The position numbers were made by a program, and so were the translations under genes. The notes beneath the pieces were generated by a model. It was not told the DNA's origin. It saw nothing but the letters and a program-made list of their open reading frames with translations, and did not search any database. A DNA stretch of 63,748 nt, filler included, from Licmophora abbreviata (Eukaryota): the NCBI GenBank assembly GCA_900291995.1. It is 18 parts of 18 records of this genome, joined end to end, with 100 filler letters (N's around TTAATTAATTAA, not from the genome) between each part and the next. Parts side by side here need not be neighbours in the genome. Positions count along the whole stretch, not along the records: positions 28,754 to 43,054 come from OLMU01001894.1; positions 43,155 to 46,294 come from OLMU01001895.1; positions 46,395 to 50,066 come from OLMU01001896.1; positions 50,167 to 57,546 come from OLMU01001897.1; 14 more parts are not named here. One strand, given 5' to 3'. Shown here piece by piece: positions 41,394 through 52,501 of the stretch. Position 1 is the first letter of the stretch; every line of letters begins with the position of its first letter.

Positions 41394-42914
41394 GTGATGC
41401 GGAAAACATGGTTGAAATCCTCGATCGCCGGGCTGGCGCTGGCGGCGTCGGCGGGTGCTGCGCTGGCCGACAAGGCGAATGACACGCTGCGCGTGGCCTT
41501 CACCAAGGAGCTGGAAAACGTGGACAGTTATTTCAACTCGTCGCGCGAGGGTGTGGTCCTGCAGCGTGCGATCTGGGATGGTCTGATCTATCGCGATCCG
41601 GTAACCAACGAGTATTCGGGCAATCTGGCAACGTCGTGGGAATGGATCGACGACACGACGCTGGAGTTGAAGCTGCGCGAGGGCGTGACCTTTCACAATG
41701 GCGAGCCGTTCAACGCCGATGACGTGGTCTATACGGTCAATTTCGTCGCCAAGGAAGAAAACGGCGTCAAGACGCAGCGCAATGTCAACTGGATGAAATC
41801 GGCCGAGAAGGTCGATGATTACACCGTTCGCATCCTGCTGAAGGAAAAATTCCCGGCGGCGATCGAATTCCTGTCGGGTCCGGTGTCGATGTATCCCGAT
41901 CAGTATTACGCAGAGGCAGGCCCCAGCGGCATGGGGCTCAATCCGGTGGGGACCGGGCCTTACAAGGTCGTCTCGGTCGTGCCGGGCCAGCATTTCGTGC
42001 TCGAGAAGAACGAGACTTATCACGACAGCCCCAAGGGTCAGCCCGAGATCGGCAATGTGGATATCCGCACGATCCCGGATGTGAACACCCAGATGGCCGA
42101 GCTGTTCAGCGGATCGCTCGACATGATCTGGCAGGTGCCTGCCGATCAGGCCGAAAAGCTGGCCGAGATGGGCCGCTTCACGGTCGAGAACGAATCCACG
42201 ATGCGGGTTGGCTATCTGAACATGGATGCGGCGGGCCGGTCGGGCGATACGCCGGTCACCGATCTGCGGGTGCGGCGCGCGATCAACCATGCGATCAACC
42301 GCGAAGAGCTGGTGAATGCGCTGCTCAAGGGCAAGTCGCGCGTCGTTTACACCCCGTGCTTCCCCAGCCAGTTCGGCTGTGTCGAAGAGGCGGCCACGAC
42401 CTATGACTACGATCCCGAGAAGGCGCGCGCGCTTCTGGCCGAAGCGGGCTATCCCGACGGGTTCACCATCGAGTTCTATGCCTATCGCGACCGCGAATAT
42501 GCCGAAGCGATCATGAGCTATCTGAACGCTGTCGGCATCAAGACCGATTTCAAGTTCCTGCAATATTCGGCCCTGCGCGAGCAGAACATGAAAGGCGAGG
42601 TGCCGCTGGCGTTCCTGACCTGGGGCAGCTTCTCGATCAATGATGCCTCGGCGATGGTGAGTCAGTTCTTCAAGCATGGCTCGCTGGACGATGCGCGCGA
42701 CGATCAGGTGCTGGCGGATCTGGAAGTGGCCGACAGCTCGACCGATCCGGAGGTGCGCATCGAGCATTACACCAAGGCGATCGAGCTGATCACCGATCAG
42801 GCTTATTGGGCGCCGATGTTCTCGTACAACACCAACTACGTCTACACGAACGAGGTCGAATACACGCCCACCGCCGACGAGGTGCTGCGCTTCACGACCA
42901 TGTCCTGGAACTGA
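41394..42914 (+). CDS. peptide/nickel ABC substrate-binding protein (family 5)
   Basis: LREGVTFHNGEPFNADDV, PVGTGPY, VRRAINHAINR. Confidence 0.92.
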   Translation: MMRKTWLKSSIAGLALAASAGAALADKANDTLRVAFTKELENVDSYFNSSREGVVLQRAIWDGLIYRDPVTNEYSGNLATSWEWIDDTTLELKLREGVTFHNGEPFNADDVVYTVNFVAKEENGVKTQRNVNWMKSAEKVDDYTVRILLKEKFPAAIEFLSGPVSMYPDQYYAEAGPSGMGLNPVGTGPYKVVSVVPGQHFVLEKNETYHDSPKGQPEIGNVDIRTIPDVNTQMAELFSGSLDMIWQVPADQAEKLAEMGRFTVENESTMRVGYLNMDAAGRSGDTPVTDLRVRRAINHAINREELVNALLKGKSRVVYTPCFPSQFGCVEEAATTYDYDPEKARALLAEAGYPDGFTIEFYAYRDREYAEAIMSYLNAVGIKTDFKFLQYSALREQNMKGEVPLAFLTWGSFSINDASAMVSQFFKHGSLDDARDDQVLADLEVADSSTDPEVRIEHYTKAIELITDQAYWAPMFSYNTNYVYTNEVEYTPTADEVLRFTTMSWN

Positions 42915-43025
42915 TCGCTGAAAAGCTGCGGGCGGTGCGTGATGCGCCGCCCGCAGGTGGCATGTTCCGCCAGACACTGACTGCGTCCTCGCGCCCGTGC
43001 GCGCGATGAAAAAAGGGTTTTGCCC

Positions 43026-44057
43026 GTGCTTATCTTTATTCTGAAACGATTGGGNNNNNNNNNNNNNNNNNNNNNNNNNNNNNNNNNNNNNNNNNNNNTT
43101 AATTAATTAANNNNNNNNNNNNNNNNNNNNNNNNNNNNNNNNNNNNNNNNNNNNCTGAAACGATTGGGGCTTGCCGTTCTGGTGGCCTTTACTGTCTCGT
43201 TCATCAGTTTCACGCTGCTGTTCTTGGCCGGCGATCCTGCGGCCGCATTGGCCGGGGAGACCGGCAGCGGCGAGGATATCGAGGCGATCCGCAAGCTGTA
43301 TGGCTTCGACCGGCCGATGCTGGTGCAGTATTTCGACTGGCTGCTGTCGGCGGTGCAGGGCGATTTCGGGGAGAGCTATTATTTCCGGCTGCCGGTGGCG
43401 TCGCTCATTGCCGAGCGGCTGAGTGTGACGATGACGCTTGGGGTTTGCGGGATCACCTTTGCACTGGCGACCGCGGTGCCGCTTGGCGTGGCCGCCGCGA
43501 TCCGGCCCAATTCGATCATCGACCGTGTGGCGCTGTTTCTGTCGGTGGCGGGGCAGGCGATGCCGAGCTTCTGGTTCGGTCTGATCCTGATCGTGATCTT
43601 TGCGATCAAACTGGGCTGGTTGCCGCCCTCGGGCGCGTCGAGCCCTGCGCATTTCATCATGCCGACCATTGTGCTGGGCTATTACGCGATGCCCGCGATC
43701 ATGCGCCTGACGCGGGCGGGGATGCTGGATGTGCTGGCGTCGGATTATATCCGGACGGCGCGCGCCAAGGGGGCGCCCGAGGGGCGGGTGCTGTTCCGGC
43801 ACGCGCTGCGCAATGCGATCATTCCGGTGGTGTCGCTGGCGGCGGTGCAGATGGGGTTCATGCTGGGCGGCTCGATCGTGGTGGAGTCAATCTTTGCGCT
43901 GCATGGCGCGGGCTATCTGGCGTGGGAAAGCATCGCGCGCAACGATCTGCCCACGGTGCAGGCGCTGATCCTGGTCTTTTCGATGTTCTACATCGTTTTC
44001 ACTTTTCTCGCGGATGTGCTGAACGCATGGCTCGATCCGCGTATGCGGAGCAGCTGA
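43026..44057 (+). CDS. peptide ABC permease (DppB-like); gap flanks overlap
   Basis: GTG 43026 (MLIFILKRLG); PSFWFG; DYIRTARAKG; HALRNA. Confidence 0.88.
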
Positions 44058-44058
44058 C

Positions 44059-44962
44059 ATGGCGATGAGCGAAACCAAAGACCCGCTTCTTCAGGAGATC
44101 ATCGGCCCGACCCCCGGACAGATGCTGCGCAAGCGCGTTTTCGGCCATCAGGGGTTGCTGATCGGGGCCGTGGTGCTGGGGCTGTTGCTGTTCGTGGCGA
44201 TCTTTGCGCCGCTGCTGGCGCCGCATGATCCTTATGCCCAAAGCCTGATGACCCGAATGGAGCCGCCGGTGTTTCTGGGCGGGAGCTGGGAGCATCCGCT
44301 TGGCACCGACCATCTGGGCCGCGATTACCTGTCGCGCCTGATTTATGGCGCGCGGGTGTCGCTGATGATCGGGGCGATTGCCGCGCTGATCTCGGGTGTG
44401 ATCGGCACGGCGATGGGGGTGGCCGCGGGCTATTTCGGGGGGCGCGTGGACATGGTTGTCACGTTCCTCATCAATGTGCGCCTTGCGATGCCGGTGGTGC
44501 TGGTGGCGCTGGCGGTGGTGGCCATTCTGGGCGGGTCGCTGCAGGTGGTGATCGTGGTGCTGGGGCTGTTGCTGTGGGACCGCTTCGCGGTGGTCATGCG
44601 GGCCTCGACCTTGCAGGTGCGGGGGCGTGAATACGTGGCCGCCGCGCGCGCGATCGGCGCCTCGACCCCGCGGGTGATCCTGTCCGAGATCATGCCCAAT
44701 ATCGCCAATAATCTAATCGTGGTGGTCACGCTGGAAATGGCGCATGCCATCTTGCTGGAGGCGGCGCTGTCCTTTCTGGGTCTGGGCGTGCAGCCGCCGA
44801 CCCCGAGCTGGGGGCTGATGGTGTCGGAGGGCAAGAACATGATGCTGTTCGAGCCGTGGATGGTGCTTATTCCCGGCGCAGTGCTGTTCCTGCTGGTGCT
44901 GGCGATCAATCTGATGGGGGAACGGTCTGCGCGACGTGACCGCCCCGGAAAACCGGAGCTGA
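44059..44962 (+). CDS. peptide ABC permease (DppC-like), probable +1 error near 44921
   Basis: HPLGTDHLGRD, YGARVSL, EAALSFLGLG; canonical end NLMGDGLRDVTAPENRS* is restored by removing one A. Confidence 0.88.
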
Positions 44963-44966
44963 GAGA

Positions 44967-45965
44967 ATGGACAAACCTTTGCTGAGTGTCCGAAACCTGA
45001 CGATCGACATTCCGGTCGGGGGCGGCACGCTGCACGCGGTGCGGGGGATCGATTTTGATCTGAACCGGGGCGAGACCCTGTGTATCGTGGGCGAGAGCGG
45101 GTCGGGCAAGTCGCTGACCTCGCTGGCTGTGATGGGCCTTCTGGGCAAGGCCATCCGCCGGGGCGCGGACCGGCTGGAGTTCGACGGCACCGACCTGACC
45201 ACCGCCAGCCCGCGCACCATGCGCAGTCTGCGGGGCGCGCGGATGTCGATGATCTTTCAGGAGCCGATGACGAGCCTCAACCCGGCCTATACGATCGGGG
45301 ATCAGTTGACCGAGGCGCTGTTGCTGCACCGCAAGGTGGGGCGCGAGGCGGCCCGCGCCCGCGCGGTCGAGCTGCTGGAAAAGGTGGGGATCACCGCCGC
45401 CGAAAGCCGGTTGGGGCAATATCCGCACCAGTTGTCGGGGGGGTTGCGCCAGCGGGTGATGATCGCCATGGCGCTGATGTGCGAGCCGGAGTTGATTATC
45501 GCGGACGAGCCGACCACGGCGCTTGATGTGACGATTCAGGCGCAGATCCTGCGCTTGCTGCATGATCTGGGCCGAGAGATGAACATGGCGATGATCCTGA
45601 TCACCCATGATCTGGGCGTGGTGGCGCGCGTGGCCGACAAGGTGGCGGTGATGTATGCGGGCGAGCTGGTGGAGACGGGGGCGGCGACCGAGGTGTTCAA
45701 CACGCCCACCCATCCCTATACGCGCGGGCTTTTGCGCTGCATCCCGCTGCCCGGCAAGACCGAGCGCGGAAGCCGGCTTGGCACGATCCCGGGCATCGTG
45801 CCGTCGCTGATCGGCGATATCCGGGGCTGCGCGTTCCGCACGCGCTGTGCGCATGCGGTGCCGGCCTGCCACGAGGCGATCCCACTGCGCGGCGAGGCGG
45901 GCCACAAGTTCCGCTGTGTTCATGAGGACGGTAAGCGCCACGCCGAAGAGGAGGCCCTCGTATGA
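44967..45965 (+). CDS. peptide ABC ATP-binding protein (DppD-like)
   Basis: GESGSGKS, LSGGLRQR, DEPTTALD, HPYT. Confidence 0.93.
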   Translation: MDKPLLSVRNLTIDIPVGGGTLHAVRGIDFDLNRGETLCIVGESGSGKSLTSLAVMGLLGKAIRRGADRLEFDGTDLTTASPRTMRSLRGARMSMIFQEPMTSLNPAYTIGDQLTEALLLHRKVGREAARARAVELLEKVGITAAESRLGQYPHQLSGGLRQRVMIAMALMCEPELIIADEPTTALDVTIQAQILRLLHDLGREMNMAMILITHDLGVVARVADKVAVMYAGELVETGAATEVFNTPTHPYTRGLLRCIPLPGKTERGSRLGTIPGIVPSLIGDIRGCAFRTRCAHAVPACHEAIPLRGEAGHKFRCVHEDGKRHAEEEALV

Positions 45966-47069
45966 GCCAAGAGACATCCCAAGCCGTGCTGGAATTGCGG
46001 GGCGTTACCAAGACATACCGCGTCAAGCAGGGGATTTTCGGCAAGGCCAAGCCGCTCACGGCGGTCAACGACGTGTCGCTGTCGCTGCCGCGCGGCGAGG
46101 TGCTGGGTCTTGTGGGCGAGTCGGGCTGCGGCAAGTCCACGCTGGCCAAGATCCTGCTGGGGCTGGAGGCGCCGACCAAGGGACAGGTCCTGATCGATGG
46201 CAAGGAAATCCTCGCACAGGACCGGCTGAGCCTTGCGCGGCGCATCCAGCCGATCTTTCAGGATCCCTATTCCTCGCTCAATCCGCGCAAGAGCNNNNNN
46301 NNNNNNNNNNNNNNNNNNNNNNNNNNNNNNNNNNNNNNTTAATTAATTAANNNNNNNNNNNNNNNNNNNNNNNNNNNNNNNNNNNNNNNNNNNNCGCAAG
46401 AGCATTTTCGACATCGTCTCGTTGCCGCTGCGGGTGCACAAGGTGGGCGGCCCCGAGGAGTGGGAGCGCAAGGTGCGCGACATCCTCGATATCGTGGGGC
46501 TGCCGGCGCGGGTGATGAACACCTATCCCAGCCAGATGTCGGGTGGGCAGCGGCAGCGTGTGGCGATTGCCCGCGCGCTCATCATGAAGCCCGAGATCGT
46601 GATCTGCGACGAGCCGACATCGGCGCTGGATGTGTCGGTGCAAAGCCAGATCCTGAACCTGCTGGGCGATCTGCGGAAGGAATTCGGGCTGACCTATTTG
46701 TTCATCAGCCATGATCTGGCGGTGGTCGAGCATCTGGCGACGCGCGTGGCGGTCATGTATCTGGGCCGGATCGTCGAGGAGTCGGATGTCGCGGGCCTGT
46801 TCGACAGGGCGGGGCATCCCTATACGCAGGCCTTGTTGAAATCGGTGCTGACGCCCGAGCCGGGGCTTGGCGTGCCGGACACGCAACTTGGCATGGCCTA
46901 TCCCAATCCGATCGACCCGCCTTCGGGGTGCCAGTTCCATCCGCGCTGTCCGATGGCGACCGCGCAGTGCAAGGCAGTGGCGCCGAGGCCCGTGGAAACG
47001 GCGCATGGCCGGGTGGAATGCCATCTGCACGATCCGCAAAGCCCGATGTATGATGCGAAGGTGGCCTGA
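45962..47069 (+). CDS. peptide ABC ATP-binding protein (DppF-like), gapped
   Basis: GESGCGKST, MSGGQRQR, CDEPTSALD, GCQFHPRC. Confidence 0.9.
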
Positions 47070-47070
47070 G

Positions 47071-48657
47071 ATGTCGGTGAACCTGTCGCGCACGGCGCGC
47101 ACCACGAAGATCGTGATCGAGACCGAAAAGGGCGTTGTCGCGGCCCAGCACAGGCTGGCGGCACAGGCGGGGGCGGATGTTCTGGAGGCGGGTGGCGATG
47201 CGGTGGATGCCGCGATTGCCACCTCGTTCGCCATTGGTGTTCTGGAGCCGTGGATGAGTGGCCCGGCGGGCGGTGGCGCGCTGATGCTGTGGCGCGCGGA
47301 CGAGGCGCGGGCCGAGGCGTTGAATTTCGGGATGTGCGTGCCGGGGGCGTTGGACCCTGCGGACTATCCCCTGAGCGGCAAGGGGCTTGCCGGTGATCTC
47401 TTCCCCTGGGAAGAGGTGGTGGACAATCGCAATGTGCAGGGTGCCACGGCCGTGGCGGTGCCGGGTGTCGTGGACGGCATGGGCCAGATGCACGCGCGCT
47501 ATGGCAAGATGCCCTGGGCCGATCTGCTGGCGCCGGCCATCGGGTTCGCCCGAGAGGGGCTTTTGGTGGATTGGTACGCCGCGCTGGTCATCGCCTCAAC
47601 CACGCGAGAGCTGGCCATGGACGCCGATGCGGCGGCGCTGTTTCTGGAGGATGGGCAATGGCCGAAGATCAGCGGCTGGACGGCATTGGCCGAACAGCGG
47701 CTCGATCAGTCGCGCATGGCCGACACCCTGCAGACGCTGGCGCGCGAGGGTGCCCGCGCGTTTTATGACGGCGATCTGGGGGCGGCGCTTGCGGCGGACA
47801 TGCAGGCCAAGGGCGGCAGCCTGAGCCACGAGGATTTGCGCAGTTACCGAGCTCAGTTCAGCGAGGCGCTGAGTTTCGGGTATCGCGGCGGGCAGATTCA
47901 CGCGGTGCCGGGCCTGACGGCGGGGCCGACCTTGCGGGACGCACTTCACGCGATGACGCAGACGGGCTTTGGCCCCGAGCCGGATGCCACGTCGTTTCGC
48001 GCGACCGCGGGCGGGCTGTTTGACGCCTATGCCGCGCGGCTGCAGACCATGGGCGATACCGGCGAGGCCGAGACCCATCCGGGCTGCACCACGCATTTCT
48101 CGGTGGTCGACCGGCATGGCAACATGGTCGCTCAAACACAGACGCTGTTGTCGATTTTCGGCTCAAGGGTCGTGTCGCCCTCGACGGGGTTGCTGATGAA
48201 CAACGGGATCATGTGGTTCGATCCGGTGCCGGGGCGGCCCAATTCGCTTGGCGCGGGCAAGAGATGCCTGATGAATGTCTGCCCGATCCTTGGCGAAAGC
48301 GGCGATACGCGCTTTGCCTTTGGTGCGTCGGGGGGGCGCAAGATCGTGTCGGCGATGGCGCAGATGGCGTCTTTCGTCGTCGATTTCGGGATGGATGTGG
48401 GGCAAGCCTTTCACCAGCCGCGCATCGATGTCTCGGGGGGGCGGACCATCGTCGCCGACGAGACCCTGCCGGCCCCGGTGATCGAGGCGCTGGCCGCGGA
48501 TCATCCCGTCATCACCACCCACCGCAGCCCGTTTCCCTATGCGTTCGCCTGTCCGGCGGGCGTGATGCGCCGTGACGGTCGCAACAGCGGCTGCACCGAG
48601 ATCATGTCGCCCTGGGGCGACGCCATTTGCGAAGACAACCTGACAGGCACAACATGA
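47071..48657 (+). CDS. gamma-glutamyltransferase-family Ntn hydrolase (cytoplasmic, non-canonical)
   Basis: [26 protein letters not shown]; no signal peptide. Confidence 0.85.
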   Translation: MSVNLSRTARTTKIVIETEKGVVAAQHRLAAQAGADVLEAGGDAVDAAIATSFAIGVLEPWMSGPAGGGALMLWRADEARAEALNFGMCVPGALDPADYPLSGKGLAGDLFPWEEVVDNRNVQGATAVAVPGVVDGMGQMHARYGKMPWADLLAPAIGFAREGLLVDWYAALVIASTTRELAMDADAAALFLEDGQWPKISGWTALAEQRLDQSRMADTLQTLAREGARAFYDGDLGAALAADMQAKGGSLSHEDLRSYRAQFSEALSFGYRGGQIHAVPGLTAGPTLRDALHAMTQTGFGPEPDATSFRATAGGLFDAYAARLQTMGDTGEAETHPGCTTHFSVVDRHGNMVAQTQTLLSIFGSRVVSPSTGLLMNNGIMWFDPVPGRPNSLGAGKRCLMNVCPILGESGDTRFAFGASGGRKIVSAMAQMASFVVDFGMDVGQAFHQPRIDVSGGRTIVADETLPAPVIEALAADHPVITTHRSPFPYAFACPAGVMRRDGRNSGCTEIMSPWGDAICEDNLTGTT

Positions 48658-50039
48658 CACGCATTTCCGCAATCGAAACCGTATCCAGTTATTTCGACGA
48701 GGGCCGCTTTCAGGCCGAACTGGCCGATCTTGTCGCCTATGAGACCGAAAGCCAGAACCCCGCGCAGGCGGCAGAGCTGACGCGCTATCTTGAAGAGGCG
48801 ATGACCGACCGGCTGACCGGTATGGGCTTCACCTGCGAGGTGCATCCCAACCCGGTGCAGGGCGCAGGCCCGATCCTTGTGGCCGAGCGTCACGAGGGCG
48901 ACGATCTGCCCACGGTCCTGAGCTATGGGCACGGCGATGTGATCCGCGCCCAGACCGATCAGTGGCGCGAGGGGCTGCATCCCTTCCGCCTGATCGAAGA
49001 GGGCGAGCGGCTTTATGGGCGGGGCAGCGCGGACAACAAGGGCCAGCATCTCATCAATATCGCGGCGCTGGAGGCGGTGCTTCGGACGCGCGGGCAGCTT
49101 GGCTTCAACTGCCGCATGGTGATCGAGACCGGCGAAGAGACCGGCTCGCCGGGGTTGGCGGAGTTTTTCGAGGCGCACAAGGCGGATTTGTCGGCGGATG
49201 TGCTGATCGCCTCGGATGGGCCGCGCCTACAGCCCGAGACACCGACGATGTTCATGGGCTCGCGCGGGGGTGTGACCTTTGATCTGGTGGTGGATCTGCG
49301 CGAGGGCGCGCATCATTCGGGCAATTGGGGCGGGCTGCTGGCGGATCCGGCGATGATCCTTGCGCAGGCGCTGTCCACGATCACCGATGCGCGCGGCCAG
49401 ATCCGGATCCCCGAATGGCGGCCCGACAGCCTGAGCGATGACGTGCGCGCGGCGTTGCACGGTCTGCCGATCGCCGGTGGCGATGGCCCGTCGATCGACG
49501 AGGATTGGGGCGAGGAAAGCCTGACCCCGACCGAGCGCGCCTATGGCTGGAACAGTTTCGCGGTGCTGGCCATGAAAAGCGGTGTGCCCGAGGCGCCGGT
49601 CAACGCGATCTCGGCCCATGCGCGCGCCACGTGCCAGCTGCGCTATGTGGTGGGCACCGAGCCCGAAGATATCGTGCCTGCGCTGCGCCGCCATCTGGAT
49701 GCACAGGGCTTCCAGAAGGTGCAGATCGTCCCGCATGAGCGCGGCTTTTTCCGCGCCACGCGGCTGGCGCCGGATCATCCGTGGGTCATGTTCGTCGCGG
49801 CCTCGCTGGAAAAGACCGCCGGTCAGGCGCCGCATATCCTGCCCAATCTGGCAGGATCGCTGCCCAATGATGCGTTTGCGGATATTCTGGGTCTGCCCAC
49901 TGTCTGGGTGCCGCATTCCTATCGCGGCTGTTCGCAACATGCGCCGGACGAACATGTTCTCAAGCCGGTCTGCCGGGATGCGCTGCGCTTGATGGCGGGC
50001 CTGTTCTGGGACATCGGCGAGGGGGAGTGCCCACGGTGA
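48654..50039 (+). CDS. M20-family metallopeptidase/amidohydrolase
   Basis: [37 protein letters not shown]. Confidence 0.9.
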   Translation: MTRISAIETVSSYFDEGRFQAELADLVAYETESQNPAQAAELTRYLEEAMTDRLTGMGFTCEVHPNPVQGAGPILVAERHEGDDLPTVLSYGHGDVIRAQTDQWREGLHPFRLIEEGERLYGRGSADNKGQHLINIAALEAVLRTRGQLGFNCRMVIETGEETGSPGLAEFFEAHKADLSADVLIASDGPRLQPETPTMFMGSRGGVTFDLVVDLREGAHHSGNWGGLLADPAMILAQALSTITDARGQIRIPEWRPDSLSDDVRAALHGLPIAGGDGPSIDEDWGEESLTPTERAYGWNSFAVLAMKSGVPEAPVNAISAHARATCQLRYVVGTEPEDIVPALRRHLDAQGFQKVQIVPHERGFFRATRLAPDHPWVMFVAASLEKTAGQAPHILPNLAGSLPNDAFADILGLPTVWVPHSYRGCSQHAPDEHVLKPVCRDALRLMAGLFWDIGEGECPR

Positions 50040-50185
50040 CAGGTGCGCTGAGGATTGGGGACGGGCNNNNNNNNNNNNNNNNNNNNNNNNNNNNNNNNNN
50101 NNNNNNNNNNTTAATTAATTAANNNNNNNNNNNNNNNNNNNNNNNNNNNNNNNNNNNNNNNNNNNNATCCTGAGGCGACCGGCAG

Positions 50186-51271
50186 ATGAGCGTCATGACA
50201 CCCGAATGGTCCGTCAAGCGCCTTGTGCAGCTGGTGGCGATCTATGCGGGGGCGCTGCTCTTCGGGCTGGTGGCGCATTGGCTGCATTTTCCGCTGCCCT
50301 GGATGATCGGGGCGATGGTCTTTGCCTCGAGCGTGCGGATGCTCGATCGACCGCTGCCGGTGCCGGGGCAGACCCGCCAGATCGGGCAGGTTCTTGTCGC
50401 GACATCCGTGGGGCTGTCGTTCACGCCCGAGGCGGTGGGGGCGATGGTGTCGCTGCTCATTCCGATGGTGGGGGCGGCGATCCTGACCATCGGGCTTGGC
50501 TTCGTGGTGGCGGCGTTTCTGATGCGGGTCACGCGGGCCGATATCATCACGGCGGTTCTGGCCTCGATCCCGATGGGGCCGGTGGAAAGCGCGACGCTGG
50601 CGGTGAAGCACAAGGTGCGGCCCGGCCCGGTGGTCTTTGCGCAGACGCTGCGGATCATGTTGCTGGTGATCCTCATCCCGCCGGCCATCGTGGCGCTTGA
50701 CGGCACGGTGAAAGACCCTGTCGCGGCGCTGAGCCGAATGGAGTGGACGCCATCGGGGGCCGTTCTGCTGGCCATTGCAGGCGTGGCGGGGGCCTATGCG
50801 GCGCGCGCGGTGCGGCTGGCCAATCCGTTTTTCGTGGGATCGCTTGGCGGGGCGGCGCTGGCGGCGGCGTTCAGCCTGCCGATCACCGCGTATCCCTATC
50901 CTGTGCTGGTGCTGGCGCAGGTGTTTCTGGGCGTCTGGCTGGGGGCGGTGTTCGACCGCGATCTGGTGCGGCACGCGCGCGGGTTCATCCCGGGGGCGGT
51001 GATGGCGTCGCTTCTGCTGATCGCGCTTTGCACCTGCATGGGAATGACCCTGACCTGGATCACGGGTGAGAAATGGCAGGTGATGATGCTGTCGACGGCG
51101 CCGGGCAGCGTGACGGAAATGGCCCTGACGGCGAAGATCCTCGAAGACGGTCTGGCGGTGGTCACGGCCTTTCACGTGGTGCGTATTTTCATCATCCTGC
51201 CCTTTGCCAGTTCGATCATCAGCGTCACCGCGCGGCTTGCGCAGCGATGGGGGCTGCAATCGCATGACTGA
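50186..51271 (+). CDS. AbrB-family (AidB-regulator-like) duplicated membrane protein
   Basis: PLPWMIG, QVLVATSVG, QTLR, APGSVTEM, FHVVR; two-repeat TM protein. Confidence 0.8.
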   Translation: MSVMTPEWSVKRLVQLVAIYAGALLFGLVAHWLHFPLPWMIGAMVFASSVRMLDRPLPVPGQTRQIGQVLVATSVGLSFTPEAVGAMVSLLIPMVGAAILTIGLGFVVAAFLMRVTRADIITAVLASIPMGPVESATLAVKHKVRPGPVVFAQTLRIMLLVILIPPAIVALDGTVKDPVAALSRMEWTPSGAVLLAIAGVAGAYAARAVRLANPFFVGSLGGAALAAAFSLPITAYPYPVLVLAQVFLGVWLGAVFDRDLVRHARGFIPGAVMASLLLIALCTCMGMTLTWITGEKWQVMMLSTAPGSVTEMALTAKILEDGLAVVTAFHVVRIFIILPFASSIISVTARLAQRWGLQSHD

Positions 51272-51393
51272 CCGAAGGAAAGCCCGACATGACGCAGGCG
51301 CAGCAACGAAAGAGCGCGAGAGATGCGTTGTAAGGTCACTACCGGCCCGGTAGGGTGGCTGAAAATGTTTCACAAAACTGCAGGGAGAACCCA

Positions 51394-52407
51394 GTGAATA
51401 CTATGGTAAAAATCGCACGGACATTTGCCGCGGGGGCCGTTCTGAGCCTTGGTCTGGCAGGTGCGTCCGTTGCACAGGAGTTGAAGTTCTTTACAATCGG
51501 TACGGGTGGAACGGCCTATACCTATTATCCGGTTGGTGGCGTGATCGCCAATGCCATCTCGAAACCGCCCGGATCGCGCCCCTGCGAAGAGGGTGGCAGC
51601 TGTGGTGTGGACGGTCTGATCGCGTCGGCGGTGTCGTCGCGCGGGTCGGTCGACAACATCAATGCCATCGTCTCGGGCTTGCGCAATTCGGGCTTCGCCC
51701 AGTCGGACGTGGCCTATTGGGCCTATACCGGCACCGGCACGATGGAGGGTCAGCCCCCCGCCGAGAACCTGCGCACGATCGCGGCGCTGTTCGAAGAGCA
51801 TATCCACCTTGTCGCCAAGGCCGACAGCGGTATCGACAGCGTCGCCGATCTGGCGGGCAAGCGCGTGTCGCTGGATGAGCCGGGCTCGGGCACCTATGTC
51901 GATGCGCTGCTGATCCTCGAAGCCAACGGTCTGGGCGTCGATGACGTGACGGCTGAGGCGCTGAAGGGCAACGCGGCCTCCGATGCGCTGCGCAACGGGC
52001 GGATCGACGCGTTTTTCGTGGTGGCGGGCTATCCGACAGGATCGCTGGTCGAGCTGGCCTCGGCAGAGGATATCAAGCTGGTTCCGATCGCAGGAGAGGG
52101 CGCCAAGGCGCTCACCGACAAATACGGCTTCTTCGCGCAGAGCGAGATCCCGGCGGGCACCTATGAGGGTGTCGACGCAACATCGACCGTGGCGGTCGGG
52201 GCGCAGTGGTTCACCTCGGCGGAAGAGGATGACGAGCTGATCTACCAGATCACCAAGGCGCTGTGGAACGACAACTCGCGCAAGCTGCTGGATGTGGGCC
52301 ACGCCAAGGGCAAGACGATCACGCCCGATACAGCCCTGAGCGGCGTCGGCGTTCCGCTGCACGCAGGCGCCGAGCGCTTCTACCGTGAGGCCGGCCTGCT
52401 GGAATAA
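51394..52407 (+). CDS. TAXI-family TRAP substrate-binding protein
   Basis: IGTGGTAYTYYPVG, GSVDNI, AQSD, GSGT, PLHAGAERFY. Confidence 0.92.
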   Translation: MNTMVKIARTFAAGAVLSLGLAGASVAQELKFFTIGTGGTAYTYYPVGGVIANAISKPPGSRPCEEGGSCGVDGLIASAVSSRGSVDNINAIVSGLRNSGFAQSDVAYWAYTGTGTMEGQPPAENLRTIAALFEEHIHLVAKADSGIDSVADLAGKRVSLDEPGSGTYVDALLILEANGLGVDDVTAEALKGNAASDALRNGRIDAFFVVAGYPTGSLVELASAEDIKLVPIAGEGAKALTDKYGFFAQSEIPAGTYEGVDATSTVAVGAQWFTSAEEDDELIYQITKALWNDNSRKLLDVGHAKGKTITPDTALSGVGVPLHAGAERFYREAGLLE

Positions 52408-52429
52408 GCCTTCATACGGCACATTCCCG

Positions 52430-52460
52430 ACCCGGTCGCCCAAGGGCGGCCGGGTTTTGT
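52430..52460 (+). terminator. intergenic hairpin after the TAXI binding-protein gene
   Basis: ACCCGGTCGCCC-AA-GGGCGGCCGGGT-TTTG. Confidence 0.5.
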
Positions 52461-52501
52461 CTTTGATATCGCGATGACCTCAAGCCCTGACGGACCCGAC
52501 C

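Noticed and set aside
44915..44985. Altered C-terminus of the DppC-like permease overlapping the next gene
   Set aside because: One extra A explains it; most likely a sequencing error rather than programmed frameshifting
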